Source of the DNA: Minisyncoccota bacterium
Lineage (GTDB): Bacteria > Patescibacteriota > Minisyncoccia > Phycocordibacterales > UBA9973
Direction of reading: 5' to 3'
DNA: 64,000 nucleotides
Assembly (NCBI GenBank): GCA_041675085.1
Contig: JBAYUN010000002.1
Coordinates: 79,967 to 143,966, forward strand
Made by a program: the position numbers and the translations under genes
Notes under the pieces: model-generated
Databases searched by the model: none
What the model saw: the letters and a program-made list of their open reading frames with translations, nothing else
Told to the model about the DNA's origin: nothing
Shown here: piece after piece, positions 48,718-59,169 of the stretch
Layout of the letters: each line of letters starts with the position of its first letter
Position numbering within the stretch: the stretch's first letter is position 1

Positions 48718-51354
48718 TTATTTCCGTAAAACTTTTTTCAAATATTTGCCTGTATGAGATTTTGGAGTATTGGCTATCTGTTCTGGAGTACCTTTAGCTA
48801 CCAGTGTCCCTCCACCTATTCCCCCTTCAGGTCCAATATCAATAACATAGTCAGAACATTTTACGATGTCTAGATTGTGTTCAATTAAAACTACAGTATT
48901 GCCTTTAGTCACTAATTTATTTAAAACTTCGAGAAGCTTCGCAACGTCATCATAGTGCAATCCCACAGTCGGCTCGTCGAGTAGATAGATAGTCTTTTCT
49001 AAATGCGGACGATAAAGTTCACTTGAGATTTTTACTCTTTGAGCTTCACCTCCAGAGAGAGTTGTCGCTGACTGACCGAGCTCGAGATAACCTAGTCCTA
49101 CGTCTATAAGAGTACTTAATCTATCATGCACCGCTGGAATATCTTTGAAGAATACAACAGCCTCTTCGACAGTCATACGCAAAACTTCATAAATATTTTT
49201 CTTTTTATATTTTACAGTTAAAGTCTCTTTGTCGAATCTTTTACCAAGACAGACGTCGCAAGTCACATACACAGTAGGCAAGAAATGCATCTCAACAGCT
49301 ATCTCACCGTTACCCTCACAAGCCTCACAACGTCCACCTTTAACGTTGAAAGAGAAACGATTGGACTTCCATCCACGCAAGCGAGCTTCGTCGGTAGTCG
49401 CGAATAAATCTCTAATATGAGTAAAGGTTCCAGTATAAGTCGCTATATTTGACCTCGGAGTACGTCCTATCGGGGATTGATCTATCAATATCACACGAGA
49501 GAGGTATTCAGTTCCAGAAAAAGAACTGCAGTTGAAAACTTGAGCTGAGCGGTATTTGCGCTCATAGCGAGCTTGAAGATTTTTGAATAAAATCTCATAC
49601 ATAAAAGAACTTTTACCTGATCCTGAAACTCCAGTAATAGAAGTCATAACTCCAATAGGTACGTCGACGTTCATGTTGTCGATATTAAAAACTTTACCTC
49701 CAACAATACGTAAATGACCTTTGGCTTCGCGACGACGTTCTGGAATTTCTATTTTTATTTCTTCTCTTAGATATCCTAAAGTTCTAGAATTATTTGTATT
49801 CTTTTTAGCGGTCAATAAGTCTTCTAGATATCCAATAGCGACGACTTCCCCTCCATGCACTCCAGCCTTCGGTCCGATGTCTACGATATAATCCGACGCA
49901 TAAATAGTATCTTCATCATGCTCTACTACAAGAATAGTATTTCCTAAATCTCTCAAGTCGAGCAAAGTCTTTATCAATCTATCATTATCTCTCTGATGCA
50001 GTCCGATAGTCGGTTCATCGAGCACATACAAAGCTCCTACGAGTCTAGAGCCTAATTGAGAAGCGAGACGAATACGCTGAGCTTCACCTCCAGAGAGAGT
50101 ATTGGCCTTACGAGATAATTGCAAATAGTCGAGCCCTACGTCTAACATGAATTCTAAGCGAGCTTCTATCTCTTTGATAACCGGCAAAGATATCTCTGCT
50201 TCTTTCTCTGTAAGTTTTAAATTCTTGAAAAATTGATAAGCGTCATTAATAGATAATGATGATAGGTCTAAAATATTAACTCGGTTTTTATTTATTTCTT
50301 TTTTACCTTTAGGTGCAGCAGTTTTAATATCAGAATAAAGAAAAACATTCAAAGCCTCGACGCGTAGTCGAGCTCCTTTACAAGTATCACAAGGTTCATC
50401 TCCGCCAAAGTATTTAGAACCCAAACCGTTACAATCCGGACAAGCTCCATAAGGAGAATTGAAAGAGAAAAGTCTAGGCTCTACTTCTGGGAAAGAATAT
50501 CCGTCATTCTTACAAGCGAATTTCGCCGACATAATAAATTCTTCATCTCCTATCTTTATATTCACAAGTCCATCAGATTCTAAAAGAGAACGCTCGAGAG
50601 CTTCCGATAGTCTCATACGAGAACCTTCTTTATCATCAGTGAATTCATGCACCATAAAATTATCTACCAAGATATCTATGTTGTGAGCTTTATTCTTTGA
50701 TAGAGTTATCTGCTCGCGAAGATTTTTCATAGCACCGTCGAGTCGAATCTGAGAAAAACCTTTACCAAGTAAATCATAGAGCAATTGATAGTACTCGCCT
50801 TTCCTACCGCGGACTACAGGAGAGAAAATGCTAATCTCTATTTCATTCCATTCTACACCGAGAACTTTTTTATTATTTTTAGTATTTTTAGAAAGCGTAT
50901 TTATTTTCTCTAAAATAAAATTCAAAATTTCTTCATTAGAAAGTTTCTTGATCTCTTCGCCACATTCTGGACAATGAGGGTGTCCGATACGGGCATACAT
51001 AACACGAAGATAATCGTATATCTCGGTGATAGTCGCGACGGTCGAACGTGGATTATTGCTACGTGATTTTTGATCGATAGAAATAGCTGGAGAAAGTCCA
51101 GTGATTTCGTCCACGTCAGGCTTTGGCATTTGATTCAAGAATTGGCGAGCATAAGAAGACAGACTCTCTACATAGCGTCTCTGCCCTTCTGCGAAAATAG
51201 TATCGAAAGCAAGTGACGACTTCCCAGACCCAGAAACTCCAGTAATAACCACCATTTTATTGCGTGGCATAACCACAGAGATATTCTTTAGATTATGAGT
51301 CCGAGCTCCTTTAACCACTATTTCTTCTATATTTTTGTTTTCTTTTTTAGCCAT
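48718..51354 (-). CDS. uvrA: Excinuclease ABC subunit A
   Basis: Two GVSGSGKSS, two LSGGEAQR, zinc fingers. Confidence 0.97.
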   Translation of the reverse strand: MAKKENKNIEEIVVKGARTHNLKNISVVMPRNKMVVITGVSGSGKSSLAFDTIFAEGQRRYVESLSSYARQFLNQMPKPDVDEITGLSPAISIDQKSRSNNPRSTVATITEIYDYLRVMYARIGHPHCPECGEEIKKLSNEEILNFILEKINTLSKNTKNNKKVLGVEWNEIEISIFSPVVRGRKGEYYQLLYDLLGKGFSQIRLDGAMKNLREQITLSKNKAHNIDILVDNFMVHEFTDDKEGSRMRLSEALERSLLESDGLVNIKIGDEEFIMSAKFACKNDGYSFPEVEPRLFSFNSPYGACPDCNGLGSKYFGGDEPCDTCKGARLRVEALNVFLYSDIKTAAPKGKKEINKNRVNILDLSSLSINDAYQFFKNLKLTEKEAEISLPVIKEIEARLEFMLDVGLDYLQLSRKANTLSGGEAQRIRLASQLGSRLVGALYVLDEPTIGLHQRDNDRLIKTLLDLRDLGNTILVVEHDEDTIYASDYIVDIGPKAGVHGGEVVAIGYLEDLLTAKKNTNNSRTLGYLREEIKIEIPERRREAKGHLRIVGGKVFNIDNMNVDVPIGVMTSITGVSGSGKSSFMYEILFKNLQARYERKYRSAQVFNCSSFSGTEYLSRVILIDQSPIGRTPRSNIATYTGTFTHIRDLFATTDEARLRGWKSNRFSFNVKGGRCEACEGNGEIAVEMHFLPTVYVTCDVCLGKRFDKETLTVKYKKKNIYEVLRMTVEEAVVFFKDIPAVHDRLSTLIDVGLGYLELGQSATTLSGGEAQRVKISSELYRPHLEKTIYLLDEPTVGLHYDDVAKLLEVLNKLVTKGNTVVLIEHNLDIVKCSDYVIDIGPEGGIGGGTLVAKGTPEQIANTPKSHTGKYLKKVLRK

Positions 51355-51388
51355 AAAAACGTATTATAACACAAAAATACAACTTTTT

Positions 51389-53596
51389 CTATTTCCCCAT
51401 TCGGACTTTTAGAACACCTATCTCATCTCTTAGTATTGCAGCGGTTTCGAAGTCTAGCTCTTTGACTGCTTTAGACATTTCTTTCTCTTTTATTTTTATG
51501 ATTTTCTCATAGACTACGTTACTCCTCTCTTCGTCAGACATATGGAGTTTTACTTCTACTTTGTCTTTTGTTTTAGTTACTTTACTGTTGTCTTGTTTTA
51601 ATTCTTTGGCATAAGCGCGCTTGAATATTTCCAAATCTAAATCAAGTTCAGCGTTCACAGCTTTACCGTGCTCACTCTCCATCTCTTCAGTAATATCTTT
51701 AATATTTTTTAAAATAGTTTTCGGAGTGATGCCATTCTTTTTATTGAAGGCTATTTGAGTATTGCGGCGACGAATAGTTTCTTTGAGTGCTCTCTCCATA
51801 GAACCCGTGAGACGATCGGCATAAAGAATAACCCTACCCTCAGAGTTACGCGCCGCACGACCGATAGTCTGAATCAATGAAGTTTCACTACGCAAGAAAC
51901 CTTCTTTATCAGCGTCAAGAATACCGATTAACGCTACTTCGGGTAAGTCTAAACCTTCACGGAGCAAGTTGACCCCGACTAAAACATCGTATTTACCTTT
52001 ACGAAACTCAGTCAATATCCGTATTCTATCTAAAGTTTTGATATCACTATGCAAATATTCGGCTTTTATCTTTTTGTCTTTTAGATAATTGGTCAAATCT
52101 TCAGCCATCTTCTTGGTCAAAGTCGTAGCCAAAACACGAAAACCTTTCTTTATAGTTATCTCGGCTTCTTTTATAAAATCTTGAATCTGACCAGGGTAAA
52201 TTGAATTTCCAGAGGTCGGACCTCGGGACCCCTTGAGGTCCGACCTCAAATCTGCAGATACAGGTCTAACAATAGTCTCCGGATCAATAAGCCCAGTCGG
52301 ACGAATGATTTGCTCTACAATTTTCTCACTCATATCTCTCTCTTGTTCGCCTGGTGTAGCCGACACGTACACAACTTGGCCTATCCTAGGTTCGAATTCT
52401 TCATAACGAAGAGGCCTATTATCTTTTGCTGAAGGCAAACGAAATCCATATTCAACCAGTGTATTCTTGCGAGATCTGTCACCCGCATACATGCCTCCAA
52501 GTTGAGGCAAGGTCACATGAGATTCATCGATGATAGTCAAAAATTCTGGATTACCATTCTTGTCATGAGGAAAATATGAGAGCAAAGTCTCTGGCGGTTC
52601 GCCTTCTTTTTTGCCTGACAGATGACGAGAATAGTTCTCGATACCAGAGCAGTACCCTACTTCTTTTATCATAGCTAGATCATAATTCGTACGTCTCTTG
52701 ATTCTTTCAGCTTCAAGTAATTTCCCTTCCTTTTTAAAATATTTTAATTGAACATCTAATTCTTTTTTGATATCTATTAGAGCTTTTTTAGTCTTGACGT
52801 CTTCGGTGATAAAGTGCTTGGCTGGGAAAATAAAAATACTTTCTTCTTCTTTCAAGACAATAGAAGATACTGGATCAGTCTTTGTAATTGAAAGAATTTG
52901 CATTCCAGAGGTCGGACCTCGGGACCCCTTGAGGTCCGACCTCAAAGATCCCAATTCAATAGAATACATCAAAGTCTCAGAGACTGGCATGAATTCTACC
53001 TTGGTGCCTACCGCTCGAAAACTACCAGGGGTCAGGTCGGCATTGGTACGCTCAAAATGAATACCAATGAGCTTCTTCATCAAAGTTAAACGGTCGATCT
53101 TCATTCCGATTTCGAGTTTTAAATTTGTCTTCTCGTACTCTTCTGGACTACCAAGACCATAAATACAAGATACGGACGCGACTATAACAACGTCACGACG
53201 AGTGAGTAATGCCTGAGTAGTAGCATGGCGTAGTCTATCTATCTCTTTATTTATCTGAGCGTCTTTTTCAATAAAAGTATCGGATGCTGGCATATAAGCT
53301 TCTGGTTGATAGTAGTCATAATAAGATACAAAGTAATGCACCGCAGCATCAGGGAAAAAAGCTTTGAACTCTTGAGCGAGTTGAGCGGCTAGGGTTTTAT
53401 TGTGAGCTATTATTAGAGTCGGCTTGTTGTGCTCTAGAATAACGTTGGCCATAGTAAAAGTCTTACCGGTACCTGTCGCACCGAGCAAGGTTTGTTTCTG
53501 TAGGCCCTTGTTTAAACCTTCTACCAATTCCGTTATGGCTTTGGGTTGATCTCCCGCAGGCTTGAATTCACTTTGTAATTTGAAAATTTTGTTCAC
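51389..53596 (-). CDS. uvrB: Excinuclease ABC subunit B
   Basis: GATGTGKT, YYDYYQPEAY, DESH, QTIGRAAR, C-terminal UVR domain. Confidence 0.97.
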   Translation of the reverse strand: MNKIFKLQSEFKPAGDQPKAITELVEGLNKGLQKQTLLGATGTGKTFTMANVILEHNKPTLIIAHNKTLAAQLAQEFKAFFPDAAVHYFVSYYDYYQPEAYMPASDTFIEKDAQINKEIDRLRHATTQALLTRRDVVIVASVSCIYGLGSPEEYEKTNLKLEIGMKIDRLTLMKKLIGIHFERTNADLTPGSFRAVGTKVEFMPVSETLMYSIELGSLRSDLKGSRGPTSGMQILSITKTDPVSSIVLKEEESIFIFPAKHFITEDVKTKKALIDIKKELDVQLKYFKKEGKLLEAERIKRRTNYDLAMIKEVGYCSGIENYSRHLSGKKEGEPPETLLSYFPHDKNGNPEFLTIIDESHVTLPQLGGMYAGDRSRKNTLVEYGFRLPSAKDNRPLRYEEFEPRIGQVVYVSATPGEQERDMSEKIVEQIIRPTGLIDPETIVRPVSADLRSDLKGSRGPTSGNSIYPGQIQDFIKEAEITIKKGFRVLATTLTKKMAEDLTNYLKDKKIKAEYLHSDIKTLDRIRILTEFRKGKYDVLVGVNLLREGLDLPEVALIGILDADKEGFLRSETSLIQTIGRAARNSEGRVILYADRLTGSMERALKETIRRRNTQIAFNKKNGITPKTILKNIKDITEEMESEHGKAVNAELDLDLEIFKRAYAKELKQDNSKVTKTKDKVEVKLHMSDEERSNVVYEKIIKIKEKEMSKAVKELDFETAAILRDEIGVLKVRMGK
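52207..52250. repeat. REP-like double palindrome in uvrB, copy A
   Basis: ttcca-GAGGTCGGACCTC-gggacccctt-GAGGTCCGACCTC-aaa; identical to 52903-52946. Confidence 0.92.
52903..52946. repeat. REP-like double palindrome in uvrB, copy B
   Basis: 44 nt identical to copy A; encodes LRSDLKGSRGPTSG. Confidence 0.92.
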
Positions 53597-53621
53597 AAGA
53601 TTATATTAGCATAAAAATAAG

Positions 53622-53768
53622 AAAGGTCCGTATCGTGAGATAAGGACCTTTTTATATTGTGTGCAACTAAAAGTTGCGATGGTTAATTTGGTTTGAGGAT
53701 TGTTTGTTTAAGTTTTGGGTGATCGAATAATCGATCAACTTTTGGAAACAATCCTATAGGAACATTTG
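53622..53768 (-). ncRNA. Candidate small structured RNA
   Basis: Minus-strand TTGCGG-16-TATAAT, nested stems, terminator 53622-53651, no ORF. Confidence 0.4.
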
Positions 53769-53886
53769 TATATATTATAGACCACTGACACATTCCCGCA
53801 ATGATTAAAATGTGGATAACTAATTTAACTTAAAAAGCTTGATTTTTAGCTTTATTTAATATATATTTTAATAGTTATAAATAAAT

Positions 53887-53920
53887 GTGCTCGTAGCTCA
53901 GTTGTAGCGGTTTCAACTGA
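53887..53920 (+). repeat. Degenerate copy of the tRNA-Lys 5' end
   Basis: GTGCTCGTAGCTCAGT versus GCGCTCGTAGCTCAGT (15/16), 68 nt upstream of the tRNA. Confidence 0.8.
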
Positions 53921-53954
53921 AATATATAGCAAAATAAAATTTAATAAAAAATAT

Positions 53955-54027
53955 GCGCTCGTAGCTCAGTCGGTAGAGCAGCTCCCTTTTAAGGAGATGG
54001 TCGAAGGTTCGATTCCTTCCGAGCGCA
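53955..54027 (+). tRNA. tRNA-Lys(UUU)
   Basis: GCGCTCG/CGAGCGC acceptor, CTCC-CTTTTAA-GGAG, GGTTCGATTCC. Confidence 0.95.
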
Positions 54028-54028
54028 C

Positions 54029-54277
54029 ATGGTAAATGAAACATTCACTTTAAAAAAACAAATCAATGAATCTACAACTGAAAACCCAATTTCAGCAAGA
54101 GAGGCAAAATTATTAGAAATTCAAAGACAAGAAAACAAATTCAAAATATACATAGAAGAGTTAAAAACTAGCACTCCCTCAGAAGGAAGAAGTCAGGAAG
54201 ATATAAGAAAAATTTTTGAAAAAATAGAACAAAAAATGAATGAAAATTTTGAAGAAATAAGAAAAAGCTTAGAATAG
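54029..54277 (+). CDS. Hypothetical charged helical protein
   Basis: 82-aa ORF starting 2 nt after the tRNA-Lys discriminator. Confidence 0.55.
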   Translation: MVNETFTLKKQINESTTENPISAREAKLLEIQRQENKFKIYIEELKTSTPSEGRSQEDIRKIFEKIEQKMNENFEEIRKSLE

Positions 54278-54283
54278 TTAGGT

Positions 54284-54928
54284 TTATAAAACCTCCAATA
54301 AAAACCTCTCAAAAACAATCTCCGCATCTTTGCCTTTTCGCCTAGCCTCAGGCAATAAATATGAAATCTTATTTGCAATATCTTGCAAATCTTTTTCTGT
54401 ATATTTACTGAAATTTTTCTTTAATATCATATCTTTAACTTTCCAAAAAAGCACTCCAGTTAACTCCTCTAACCCTACCCCGAGATCTACAGCCTGGCGA
54501 TAATAAAGCCATAACTTTATTTTATCTTTTAATGCGAAAGCATCGGCTAAAAGAAAATTATTAAACTTTTCTTTTTGTTCTTTTCTTAATTCAAAAATAT
54601 TAATAGTGGCTTTAACTTTTTCAAATTCATTTAAGACTGGTTTCAATAATTTTCCCTCTGAAAAAATAAAGATATTATTTGAGGCTTGGAACAGATCCAA
54701 GTTGTCTAAAATAAAAGTAGCGTTATCTTTATTATCTAAAATATTCAAAAATACCACTACGCTCTGTGCATCAAAAAGACTAGAACCTGAATAAAGGCTC
54801 TCTATCTCCATTTTATTAAAATTATTTTTACTGATAGAGATAACAGGCAACGTACCAAAACTTTTCAAAAAAGCCTCGTATTGTTTTATTTTGTTTTGAG
54901 CATCGTCCCCCGCAAAAAGATATATCAT
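54284..54928 (-). CDS. holA: DNA polymerase III delta subunit-like
   Basis: MIYLFAGDD, SLF, F.LADA, ERFLL. Confidence 0.75.
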   Translation of the reverse strand: MIYLFAGDDAQNKIKQYEAFLKSFGTLPVISISKNNFNKMEIESLYSGSSLFDAQSVVVFLNILDNKDNATFILDNLDLFQASNNIFIFSEGKLLKPVLNEFEKVKATINIFELRKEQKEKFNNFLLADAFALKDKIKLWLYYRQAVDLGVGLEELTGVLFWKVKDMILKKNFSKYTEKDLQDIANKISYLLPEARRKGKDAEIVFERFLLEVL

Positions 54929-54929
54929 T

Positions 54930-55421
54930 TTAAAACTTAACTATTTTTTTATATTTACGATAAGCATCGCCAAACTTTTTCTCAAGCTCGAGTTCTTGTT
55001 TTTTTACAAAAGTATATTTAGTTATAAAAAATGTAAAGAAAGTTAGAACAATCACAAAGAAAGAATTAATAATGAATCCAAAACCCATCACAGCTAAAAA
55101 CAAACCAAAATGTGTAGGAGTCCTAGTATAGCAATACGGCCCTCGGCAAAAATGCTCTTCGTTCACATCTTCTTTGTGTAATAAATCTATAGAACTATTT
55201 TGTGCCCAAAAAACTAAAATACTAGAAAAAACCAAAAACATAATACCAACAAAAACCATTATAGAATCATGAAAAATTTTAATTGGAAATAAGAAATCCA
55301 AAAAAATACCCAAGATTAAAGCAAATAGATGTACTAAATAAGAATAAGACAAAGATGAATGCACCGCATGGTCTTTGTGCTTGTTATGCTTGAGATTTAA
55401 TTTATTGTCTACTTTGTCCAT
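54930..55421 (-). CDS. Isoprenylcysteine carboxyl methyltransferase/PEMT-like membrane protein
   Basis: GPY.YTR.P, E..L..KFG.AY..Y...V. Confidence 0.8.
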   Translation of the reverse strand: MDKVDNKLNLKHNKHKDHAVHSSLSYSYLVHLFALILGIFLDFLFPIKIFHDSIMVFVGIMFLVFSSILVFWAQNSSIDLLHKEDVNEEHFCRGPYCYTRTPTHFGLFLAVMGFGFIINSFFVIVLTFFTFFITKYTFVKKQELELEKKFGDAYRKYKKIVKF

Positions 55422-55442
55422 AATGTAATTATAACATAAAAG

Positions 55443-57854
55443 CTATTTTACCTCCCCGAAATTTTGCCCAAATCCAGAATTGGCTATCAGAGGCACATCA
55501 GTTTTGTATTTTAAATATGACCTAGACAATACAGTCTCCATAGCGTTTTTAATGATTTTCTCAGCTTGTGGTATAACTTCATCCTTGATTTCATAAACTA
55601 ATTCATCATGAATCTGTAAAACTAAAAATACTTTATCTTTAAGTCCGGCTTCTTTTAAATCCAAATCTGCAAAAAGTATTGCGAGTTTGATAATATCAGC
55701 GGTAGCTGTGCCTTGGATAGGTGCATTGATAGCAGTACGTTCAGCCATACTTTTTAAAAATGGAAGCCTTGAGTTAATATTAGGGAAATATCGGCGTCTG
55801 CCAAAAAGAGTTTCTGTATAAGATGTCTCACGCGCAAAGACCTTTACTGACTCGAGATAAGACTCTATACCGGAGAATTGTTTGAAATAATTATCATAAA
55901 ATTTCTGAGCTTCTTCTCTCGTTCCACCGAGGTTTTTACGCAAAGCAGATACTCCCATTCCATAGATAATACCAAAGTTTATAACTTTAGCCTGACGTCG
56001 CATCTCAGCATCGACTTTGTCTACATCTACACCGAAAACAAAACTCGCCACTCCCGCATGAATGTCTTTACCATCTCTAAAAATCTCATTCATTCTCTTG
56101 TCCCCTGAGAGCATAGCGGCGACGCGTAACTCTATCTGACTGTAGTCAAAAGCTCCGAGCTTGTATCCCTTTGGAGCCACGAAGGCTTTACGTATTCTTT
56201 TACCCAATTCGCTTTTAATGGGCAAGTTCTGCAAATTTGGATCGACAGAAGAGAATCTACCTGTAGTCGTAGCATTCTGCAAAAATCTAGAATGCAATCT
56301 GTCGTCAGCCCCTACCATTTTAGGAATCACATCAATATAAGTAGAAAGCAATTTCTGTAATTCACGATAACTAATAATCTCTGTAATTATCGGATTATCT
56401 TCTTCTAATTCTTCTAAGATAGATATCTTTGTAGAGAGGTTACCGTTTGCTCCCCTCTTTTTACCACTCTTAATACCCATTTTCTCAAACAAAACTTCCC
56501 CCAATTGTTTTGGGGAATTTATATTAAACTCAGTGCCAGCCATTTTATAAATCTTCTTTGTAAGCAAGTCTAATTCTTTATGATATTCTTTTGATAATTC
56601 TGCAAAATATTTCTGATCGATTAGAATACCATGATCTTCCATTTCTTTGACTATAGGCACGATAGGCATTTCTATCTCTTGGTAAACTTTCTTTAATTTT
56701 TCATCACTGTTTAATTTATTTAAAATATATTCTTTTGCATCTTTAAAATTACTAGTCTTCGCATAGAGCAAAATATCTTCGAGTTTAGGCACACTAATAT
56801 CCGAATTCAAAACCCATAAAGCGATAGAGATTTTATTCAACTCATCAGGATCTACGTCTTCTGTTTTAGTTTCTTCTACTTTAGTCTCACCAAATTCTTC
56901 ATCTAGAGATTTAGGATTATTATCATGGATACCAGTACCATTATTAAAAAAACTCTTGAGCCTCGATAATAATGAACGAAATTCAAAAGTTACGAATACT
57001 TCTTCAACTTTTTTCAAATCAGAATTATCCCAAAATGTTTTCTCGGGTAATTTAAAATCAATAGGCGCGTCACGTCTTATAGTCGCTAAAGTCTTAGAAA
57101 ATAAAGCTTCTTCTTGATTATTCTTTAAAAGTTCCAAAATACGAGGAGTGATACCGAGAGGTTTAAATACTGTATCATCACGCTTAATTTGTTTATAAAT
57201 ATTTTCAATAGTTTTAAATTCTACTATGAGAGTAGTCGCAGTTTTCTCTCCTATACCTTTGATACCTATGATATTGTCGGACGGGTCGCCACGGAGTCCT
57301 TTGTAGTCGGGTAAATATTCCGGTTTAAAATTAAATCTCTCTAAGACTTTTTCTTCATCGTACAAAATAGTATCAGTAATACCTTTCTTTAAAGTAAAAA
57401 CTTGGACTTTTTTACCATCCACTAATTGCATAGTATCCATATCCCCTGAGGCTATGATTATCTCTATACTCTTATCTTTTTTAAATTGCTCTACTATTGT
57501 GCCCAAGATATCGTCAGCTTCAAAACCAGGTGCATCATAAATAGGGATATTAAAAGCTTCAAATATTTTTCTAGAACTTATAAGTTGAGAAATTAGAGCA
57601 GGATCAGCTTTAGCGCGACCAGCTTTATAAGCATCATAGGCATCATGTCTAAAAGTTTTCTGAGGCAAATCGTAACAGGCAATTATATAATCAGGTTTTA
57701 GATCTGAAATAATCTTCATCAACATATTAGAAAGACCATACAAGGCTCCGGTAGGTTCCCCACCGGAAGACATAAAGTCTGGAAGTGCATGATAAGCTCT
57801 ATGAATAATAGCGTGAGAATCTAGCAATACTATACGCTTTGGTTTTTCTTTCAT
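55443..57854 (-). CDS. polA: DNA polymerase I
   Basis: FEADD, GDPSDN, TGRFSS.DPNLQN, DYSQIELR, QIHDEL. Confidence 0.97.
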   Translation of the reverse strand: MKEKPKRIVLLDSHAIIHRAYHALPDFMSSGGEPTGALYGLSNMLMKIISDLKPDYIIACYDLPQKTFRHDAYDAYKAGRAKADPALISQLISSRKIFEAFNIPIYDAPGFEADDILGTIVEQFKKDKSIEIIIASGDMDTMQLVDGKKVQVFTLKKGITDTILYDEEKVLERFNFKPEYLPDYKGLRGDPSDNIIGIKGIGEKTATTLIVEFKTIENIYKQIKRDDTVFKPLGITPRILELLKNNQEEALFSKTLATIRRDAPIDFKLPEKTFWDNSDLKKVEEVFVTFEFRSLLSRLKSFFNNGTGIHDNNPKSLDEEFGETKVEETKTEDVDPDELNKISIALWVLNSDISVPKLEDILLYAKTSNFKDAKEYILNKLNSDEKLKKVYQEIEMPIVPIVKEMEDHGILIDQKYFAELSKEYHKELDLLTKKIYKMAGTEFNINSPKQLGEVLFEKMGIKSGKKRGANGNLSTKISILEELEEDNPIITEIISYRELQKLLSTYIDVIPKMVGADDRLHSRFLQNATTTGRFSSVDPNLQNLPIKSELGKRIRKAFVAPKGYKLGAFDYSQIELRVAAMLSGDKRMNEIFRDGKDIHAGVASFVFGVDVDKVDAEMRRQAKVINFGIIYGMGVSALRKNLGGTREEAQKFYDNYFKQFSGIESYLESVKVFARETSYTETLFGRRRYFPNINSRLPFLKSMAERTAINAPIQGTATADIIKLAILFADLDLKEAGLKDKVFLVLQIHDELVYEIKDEVIPQAEKIIKNAMETVLSRSYLKYKTDVPLIANSGFGQNFGEVK

Positions 57855-57862
57855 ATTTATGA

Positions 57863-58345
57863 TTATAGCATTTTAAACTCAAATTTTCTTTGATTGTTTT
57901 TTGTATGACTTATGTAGATTTTGTAGAATTTTGTATTGATATTTTGCTCTATGATTTCTGGCCATTCTACTAAAATTAAATTTCTAGGATTAGAGACAAT
58001 TTCACTCCAGCCTAATATCTCTAATTCTTTTTTAATATCCTTCCCTTCCAGTCGATAAGCATCAATATGATAAATATTCTTCCATCCAGGGGTCCGACCC
58101 CCGGAAAGCTTTATAGCGTAACGTTTCATTAAGACAAAAGTTGGACTATTTATCTTTTGTTTTATTCCTAATATACGCGAGAAATATTGAACAAAAGTAG
58201 TCTTACCAGCGCCAAGATCTCCAAAAAGTCCTACTATCGTAGCGTCTTGTGTATCTTTATTTTTTGAATTTTGTTTTAAAATTTTATCTAGAAAATCTCT
58301 CGCAACATCTTCAAAATCCTCTATACTCTTGGTAACTTTTTGCAT
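57863..58345 (-). CDS. tsaE: t6A biosynthesis ATPase TsaE
   Basis: GDLGAGKTT, SPTF, HIDAYRL, VEWP. Confidence 0.95.
   Translation of the reverse strand: MQKVTKSIEDFEDVARDFLDKILKQNSKNKDTQDATIVGLFGDLGAGKTTFVQYFSRILGIKQKINSPTFVLMKRYAIKLSGGRTPGWKNIYHIDAYRLEGKDIKKELEILGWSEIVSNPRNLILVEWPEIIEQNINTKFYKIYISHTKNNQRKFEFKML
58085..58105. repeat. Single REP-like palindrome in tsaE
   Basis: tcca-GGGGTCCGACCCC-cgga, 21 nt, encodes SGGRTPG. Confidence 0.75.
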
Positions 58346-58443
58346 ATTAAAATACTAGCACGACTTTTAAAATATCAAAATAAAAAAGCCTTAATCATAT
58401 AAATGACTAAGGCTTTTAAGATAATTAATTTTTTAAAGAACAT

Positions 58444-59169
58444 TTAAAAAGGCCCAAACCACTCTCCGGACCCTTGGTCTCGGCATAGGTTCATGGGACG
58501 CTGTTCCCACCTTCTTTGTCTGCTGGAAACTGGAGTCTCTCCTGCTGGAAGAGTAAAGTAACCAATATGGGTTTCTCCCTGATCTATGTAATTATTATCA
58601 GTACCATAATGACGGTTACCATAGTTATGTTTAGAACTTTTCCTTGCATAAACTCTCCAACAAGTGCAAGCTTGCTCTTGCTGAACAACTTGTTGCACTG
58701 GAGCTGGTGATGGTTGCACATAAATTGTTTCCTGTACTATTTTTACATTTTCTTTTACTGGGACTTCTTCTGTTTTTGGTTGTGGTTTGATTACAACCCA
58801 GTCGAGATTCATACAGTCTTTTTTTAAGTATAAATTTACGGTTACTCCTTTCGGGTGACCAAAAATTTCACCATCTGTGCTACCCAAATAAACTACACTG
58901 AAAGTTCCTGTACCTAAACGAACAATTTCACCTTTTGGCGTTACGCCAGAATTCATGACAAATTTATTTTCAAACTTGCCAGAATCGTAAATTTTTTTCG
59001 CTTCTCTTGCTGTTTCCTCTGGCGAGGAAAAACCCATGCTTTGCCCCCATACTCGATAAAGGGCAATCTTAGCCCCTTCAGTTAGGGTGCCATTTTTTGC
59101 CCAAGCTTGAGCGTTAAGAAAATTAAAAGAAAAAAAGAAAATTACTGTAAAAGAAATTATGTTTCTCAT
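58444..59169 (-). CDS. Hypothetical secreted protein
   Basis: Signal peptide, Pro/Gln linker, Cys-containing C-terminal domain; upstream TTGACT-17-TATACT. Confidence 0.7.
   Translation of the reverse strand: MRNIISFTVIFFFSFNFLNAQAWAKNGTLTEGAKIALYRVWGQSMGFSSPEETAREAKKIYDSGKFENKFVMNSGVTPKGEIVRLGTGTFSVVYLGSTDGEIFGHPKGVTVNLYLKKDCMNLDWVVIKPQPKTEEVPVKENVKIVQETIYVQPSPAPVQQVVQQEQACTCWRVYARKSSKHNYGNRHYGTDNNYIDQGETHIGYFTLPAGETPVSSRQRRWEQRPMNLCRDQGSGEWFGPF

Noticed and set aside
50280-50340. Lys-rich insertion in UvrA as another palindromic element
   Set aside because: No inverted repeat visible in the DNA.
53660-53805. 6S RNA on the plus strand
   Set aside because: Outer pairing is weak, and promoter and terminator placement favour a minus-strand transcript; cannot be assigned without a covariance search.
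53811-53819. DnaA box as a sign of oriC
   Set aside because: Isolated boxes only (31010, 53811); no cluster and no dnaA or dnaN here.
55443-57854. PolA lacking a recognisable 3'-5' exonuclease domain
   Set aside because: A common reduction; the ORF is intact.
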